64,000 nt of DNA, from contig CATNEN010000034.1 of assembly GCA_950097015.1 (NCBI GenBank), positions 124,001 through 188,000 on the forward strand. Reading direction: 5' to 3'. The notes beneath the pieces are model-generated. The model was not told the DNA's origin, ran no database searches, and saw only the letters and a program-made list of their open reading frames with translations. This DNA comes from Macrostomum hystrix. Lineage: Eukaryota > Animalia > Platyhelminthes. The first letter of the stretch is position 1; each line of letters opens with the position of its first letter. This document shows, one piece after another, positions 59,083-64,000 of the stretch. Position numbers and translations under genes: made by a program.

Positions 59083-59942
59083 TTATAAATTGTAAAATTG
59101 TGGGTAATAGCCTTCCAACGGTGGCACTTGGTATTTTTCCCGGTAGTAACGCCGGAGATGTTCGTTGGTGGGCCACGGCCTGTGCTTGGCAGGTGGGTCA
59201 GGCCGGTAGGTGCTTTTGGCCGGCCATGTGCCGTACACCTGCCTGGTAGGGTAATAATCCTCCAGGCCGGCCTCCCTCAGGTCCGTTGTTGATGTGGCAG
59301 ATGTTGTGCCACCGTCAATGTCCTCCGCGGTCACCTGAGTAATCGCGTCGGCCTTCAGGACCGGCCGCCCCCGGATGTCCACGTCAACAAACTTCTGGCC
59401 GGGGCGGCGGTCGTACTCTTGGTTGGCCATCGCGCTGGAAAGGTGGTCCAAGATAAGTGGCTTTCCTATGCGTTTTTCTTTATTCCTCAGGTTATTCTCC
59501 AGGTCTTCCTCGAGTTGCTAATCTGTCTACTGCTAGTTAATCTGTGAACATATAAAACGGTGAAATCTGAGATTGATCCCTTTATTTAATCCCTACTGAA
59601 TATAGTATATTGAGTCATTAGTAAATAATGATAATAATATGGCATGTTGGTTTTTTTATTTTTCATTATTTAATTGTTCTGAATGCTGCGCCAGGCTTCG
59701 ACCTGACATTCTAGTCGGTTGCGCCACCATGCCAGTCGCACCGACGCCCAAGTTCTGGCTTGGAGAGCTGCACTACGGATGACGCATTTAATCCAGTAGC
59801 CCCGACTTCTTGTGGCCGATGTTGTATCGTCGGGCCAGCTGTCATCTACGAACTTCTCCAGTTCCGTTAATAGTTTCACCAGTTGGACCCACTTGCGGTT
59901 GTTCAACTCTGTCTGATGGATGACAGATTGTTGGGCTCGCAT
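59083..59942 (-). CDS. Candidate orphan 2-exon gene of unknown function
   Basis: ORF 59942-59703 joins 59517-59083 in phase 0 through intron 59702-59518 (weak GTCGAA donor, TAG acceptor). GC-rich islands in AT-rich flanks. Confidence 0.35.
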
Positions 59943-60261
59943 GATCCCGACGAGTGGGATATTGGCGGAGTTTATTGCTAGAAATTTGAATTATGTTTCG
60001 GATTCCGGTTTGAATGTTATATTTTAGTCTTTTAATCCTAAGTTCTCTGTGGCATACTTGTTGCTACTGCCTATCTATTGTAGTTAATGTTTAAATTCAA
60101 TTGAAATTAAGTTGAACAGAAATAAGTTATGAGGTTATCAAGAAACCGAAACCAAAATACGTTGTATTGATAGTGAATATACGTTCCTTGAGGTCTCAAG
60201 TGAATAATAACATTTCTGGACCTCTCAGGGTAATAACATGGATTTAGTCATAGCGTTGTAA

Positions 60262-62406
60262 TGGTTATAGCAATGGTTAGGTAACGCACGGCTTTTGAGT
60301 GCACCAACGAGCAGAGACACGAGTGCGCGGTTAACAGCATTATCCAATGAGAGGCCGTTTCCGCATCGATCCGTCCTTACTCTTTCGACCATAGACAAGT
60401 GCGTTGGCGCACGCCCATGTTTTTGGGCGGTCAGGCTGGCTTAAGGCGCAAGCCCCAACGCAGTTGAGTAGATAAGATTTCGACATGATCAACCTAATGC
60501 ACTGGCCGAATGAGTGCATATCTGGCTTGACCGTGGACGAGATTCGACTCCAGAGGGAGCTCTTCCAGCTGAACGACGTGGTGGAGAAGGAAATGTATGA
60601 ATATTTTGAATGTCCCACCCTGGACGAACTCTGTGCGTTACTGCCAGACGACTCTACCGCGGATTTGGAGGCAATTGCAGCGCAGCAATACGAGGATACG
60701 AAGGTCGTGTCCACCGAGAGACAAGAGATCGCTGCAGTCGAACGATTCAAGCAGTTCCTGACGACAAACGCATTTTTGCCTTTCGACATCGATTTGTGCA
60801 GTGAGGATGAACTGGCCTGCAAGCTGCGACTGTTTTACGCCACACTAAGAAAGGAAGACGGTTCTCTGTACGCTCCGACATCTCTGATTTGTGCGAGAGC
60901 TGGACTTTTCCGCTACTTTCGGAGGGTTAGGTCTCTGAACATAATCGAGAATGACAAGTTCCACGCAGCCAATCTGGCTTTGAAGGCGGTGGCGCGAATG
61001 TTTCTAAAGGCTGGTGGACGGATCAACCATTACGAGGCCATCAGTGAGGAAGATGAGGGCAGATTGGCGCGGTACTTTGACCGTGCGTCGCCGACGACCC
61101 TGTTGCACGAGGTATACTTTGTCCTCATCTACTTTTTCGGCCAGCGTGGGAGAGAATGGTTCCGTGGATTGGATTCGGACAGTCTGGTGTTCGAGGACAA
61201 TGCCGACTGTGGCACTCTAGTCCGGCTTCGCACAGGGTTGCAGAAGAATCTGGGAACGGAACTCAATGCCGGAGCCATGAGTGACAACAGAGAGGCGGTG
61301 ATCAAGGCCACTGGGACGACGCAATGTCCAGTGCAGGCACTGCGGCTTTACCTCGAGAAGCGACGGGAGGCTCTGGGTGACGCTGAGACGGAAGGATCTC
61401 CGCTGCTTCTGACACCGAAGAAGTCCTCTGCAGCTGGGGGCCCATGGTACACGAAACAGCCAGTCGGGGTGAATACCGTTGGCGGAATGATGAAGACTAT
61501 CTCAACGAAAGCTGCCCTGTCAAAGATCTACACGCCGCACAATATTCGGCCAACTGTGATTGCGGACCTTCACCAGGCAGGATTCAGGCTGGAGCAAATT
61601 TGCAAAATTACTGGCCACAAGGAGGCAAAGACTGTGCAACGGTGAGTACCCATATATGACGGGCTTTGCACTAACAAAGTGAACATGTCAACGTCATGAG
61701 TAACTACTTTCAATCGCACTTTAGGTACCTCACGCATGGGAAGCGGAAGGCAACGGACATGGGGAAGATGTCAGACGCTCTATCCGGATCGCTGTACGGG
61801 CGTCAACAGACGGGCGTGGTAGCAATTCTAGGGCCGCCGCCGCAGGGATCAGCTGAGCCCACCCCCGACGGTGTCATCCGGCATGTCAACTGTCATCTGA
61901 CAGTTCCAGGGGTCACCGGCGCATCGACGCCGCATGCGCAGCAGTCCACGCTTCAGCTTCCCTCCAGTCAGGTGGTGCAGCAAGTTTGTGTGACAAGTTC
62001 GACCCCTGGCAACGCTGGAGCTCCAGCGCTGTCATTCCACTTTGGTGGACATTTTGAGAACTGCACATTCAACCTTAAGTGAGCTGCCTGAGTTCTAATA
62101 AGAGCACGAGTAAGTGACATTTCTACTTGACAATGCCACACACGGTCATCTGGAGTATGCCGTGCAAACTGCTATGAAAATGTTGTCGCCGTTAATATTT
62201 CGTAAACACCAACAACAATCCCCTTGTTGTACCGTTAATTCTTACTACGTTTTGAGCTCAAATAATTGCACTCTAAGTTTGCGTGCTGATAACGGTCATT
62301 GACGCACGCATTTTAGGCCGTTGATGCACGCTGTCTATGGTAAAATCTAGCATTGACGTGGCACGCTGAGACTGCCTATCGTTTGATAATGTGGCATGTG
62401 GTTATA
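60262..62406 (+). mobile_element. Crypton-type tyrosine-recombinase DNA transposon, about 2.1 kb
   Basis: An 8-bp direct repeat TGGTTATA at 60262-69 and 62399-406 brackets the YR gene. The boundaries are inferred. Confidence 0.65.
60485..62082 (+). CDS. Crypton tyrosine recombinase (DUF3504-like), 2 exons
   Basis: Exons 60485-61641 and 61725-62082; intron 61642-61724 (GTGAGT..TTTAG, phase 2). Motifs FGQRGRE, CPV, HNIR, TGH, QR|Y, terminal FENCTFN. Confidence 0.88.
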
Positions 62407-62785
62407 ATGTAGTGTGTTCTAATTTGGCTGTGTCTCGTTCGCTCTTGGCAAGCTGAATTCTTGACTCTAGTGTGTTTGTTGTCTGTGTCCTATCTTTGTT
62501 TACTGAGGCAATGGTTGGTCTAATCCCCTCTGGGCATGTGACTTCTGTAGGGTCTGCTGCCCTTCCTTTAGACTTGAACTCTCGAAGCGGGCCCGGGGCA
62601 CTGATGGCCTTATTTTCCATCTTTCTTGATGTACTCTATGGCCCATTCCCTGCGGCGGAGTGGTGGCTGTAATTGTCGCTCGCGAGGCCCCCGCGCTTTC
62701 TGAGGCTGGGCTATATCAATGCTTTCCCCGGGGTTCCCTGCTTATTTTAAAGTGGCTATCTTCATTCGATTTTCTCTACGCTATC

Positions 62786-63040
62786 ATGTCGCGTTTTGAA
62801 GTTGCCCGACTTACGGAGCTTATTGCCCATGTGGTGGCACGAATCAGTCGCCTAGAAGCCCGCCTAGCCGTTGAAATGTCGCGCACCACCTCTCTTGAGA
62901 ACGGCTTGTTGGCTCTGCGTGGGCTGTCTGGCGGTCTGGGGGCCGGAGGCCTGGTTCTGCTAATCCTGGGCCTCCTTGTACTATTATTTTGCTGCTGTCG
63001 GCGTCGGGGCCCCCTAACCGAGGCCACCATGGCACCATAA
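62786..63040 (+). CDS. 84-aa ORF: coiled coil, TM helix, CCCRRR tail
   Basis: MSRFEVARLTELIAHVVARISRLEARL...GGLVLLILGLLVLLFCCCRRRG. Confidence 0.45.
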   Translation: MSRFEVARLTELIAHVVARISRLEARLAVEMSRTTSLENGLLALRGLSGGLGAGGLVLLILGLLVLLFCCCRRRGPLTEATMAP

Positions 63041-63127
63041 CTATTTGATCGGCCTCCGATTTCTGCGTGCTCTTATTTGACTTCCTAAACTTCTTGCTGT
63101 ATGCTTGTTCTGTATTTTTTTTATATA

Positions 63128-64000
63128 CACTCAGCAACATTGAAAAGTTTCCACCCTCGCGCAAGTTGTATATTTAGAGTTTTTGTCGCCAGACTTGTGC
63201 CATAGACGATTGATGATTTCGTCAACACGCACTTGGGCCATAGAATTCAAAAACTTGGGTCATAGACGCCAGACAAGTCGAAGGAAAGTCACATGGAGCA
63301 GACAGCAGCATCTTACAGGAGTCTAAAATCCACTTTCGCAACCGAACGCAATGGTTCGCCAAATGACCGACCTGGAACGAGCGCGCGCCATTGGCATGCT
63401 GGACGCTGGGATGTCCATCCGAGCTGTTGCTCGCCAAATTGGGCGGTCACACAAAGCAATCCGCAAACTGCAGATCAAGTGCAGAGAAACGGGCAGCGTG
63501 GCGCACGCCACGCGCGGCCTGCGGCTCAATATGCGCAGTACAACTAGGAGGGCGGACCGGCGATTGCTGCGAATGGTAAAGGGAAGCCCCACATTGCCAG
63601 CCACCCTGCTACGGCTGATGTGGGCTGAAAGAAGCAGGCGAGGGAATGTCCTGAGCGCCCAAACCATCCGACGACGATTGCGGGAGTCGGGGCTGCGATC
63701 CCGTAAGATGCGCAAACGGTCACGCCTGACCCCAACCCATGTGGCCAGCCGGGAACAATGGGCAATGCAAAGGGTCCACTGGAGGCAGCAGCAGTGGCGG
63801 CGAGTGATTTTCACAGATGAGAGCCGCTTTCGATTGTTCCGTGCCGACGGCCGCATTCGCGTGTGGCGCCAGCCGCGCCAGGAGATGCTGCCGCAGCACG
63901 TGCAAAACTCTGAGAGCCAGTCAGCTTCTATTCACGTGTGGGCAGGCATCACAATGCACGCGAAGACGGAGCTCGTGTTACTGGATGCGACTGTGACTGC
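63128..64000 (+). mobile_element. Tc1/mariner element, left part (runs off the window)
   Basis: TA|CACTCAGCAAC left end; transposase ORF starts at 63351. Confidence 0.85.
63351..64000 (+). CDS. Tc1-family transposase, partial (open to the window end)
   Basis: HTH (RAIGMLDAGMSIRAVARQIG), QTIRRRLRESGL, VIFTDESRF, DGRIRVWR, HVWAGI; no stop codon to base 64000. Confidence 0.92.
   Translation, partial: MVRQMTDLERARAIGMLDAGMSIRAVARQIGRSHKAIRKLQIKCRETGSVAHATRGLRLNMRSTTRRADRRLLRMVKGSPTLPATLLRLMWAERSRRGNVLSAQTIRRRLRESGLRSRKMRKRSRLTPTHVASREQWAMQRVHWRQQQWRRVIFTDESRFRLFRADGRIRVWRQPRQEMLPQHVQNSESQSASIHVWAGITMHAKTELVLLDATVT

Overview
Animal (eukaryotic) genomic DNA with GC-rich exons, GT-AG introns and very many minisatellites. 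The style suggests a flatworm such as Macrostomum; that is inference, not shown by the sequence. There is no CRISPR array, rRNA or true tRNA gene. Left part (1-40 kb): host genes. These are two tandem intronless divergent alpha-tubulins with patchwork sequence identity, a 5-exon NEK4 kinase, a candidate 2-exon single-pass membrane microprotein, an NHL-repeat protein and a 4-exon DRAK/STK17-like kinase on the minus strand. They are interleaved with LINE/RTE/Gypsy relics, two tRNA-derived SINEs and about a dozen unrelated minisatellite arrays. Right part (40-64 kb): a nested transposon stack. A twister-ribozyme-like motif precedes a spliced CMC/EnSpm-type transposase. A 5'-truncated Gypsy follows (GGGAAAC -1 frameshift site, 3' LTR), whose pol is split by a near-intact 6.0-kb LOA-like LINE with a perfect 12-bp target-site duplication and structured 96-98-bp 5' repeats. 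Then come a spliced BEN-domain ORF, an orphan minus-strand ORF pair, an apparently intact intron-containing Crypton tyrosine-recombinase transposon bounded by TGGTTATA direct repeats, an 84-aa coiled-coil/TM ORF, and the left half of a Tc1 element. All calls come from manual reading and motif recognition; no database searches were run.
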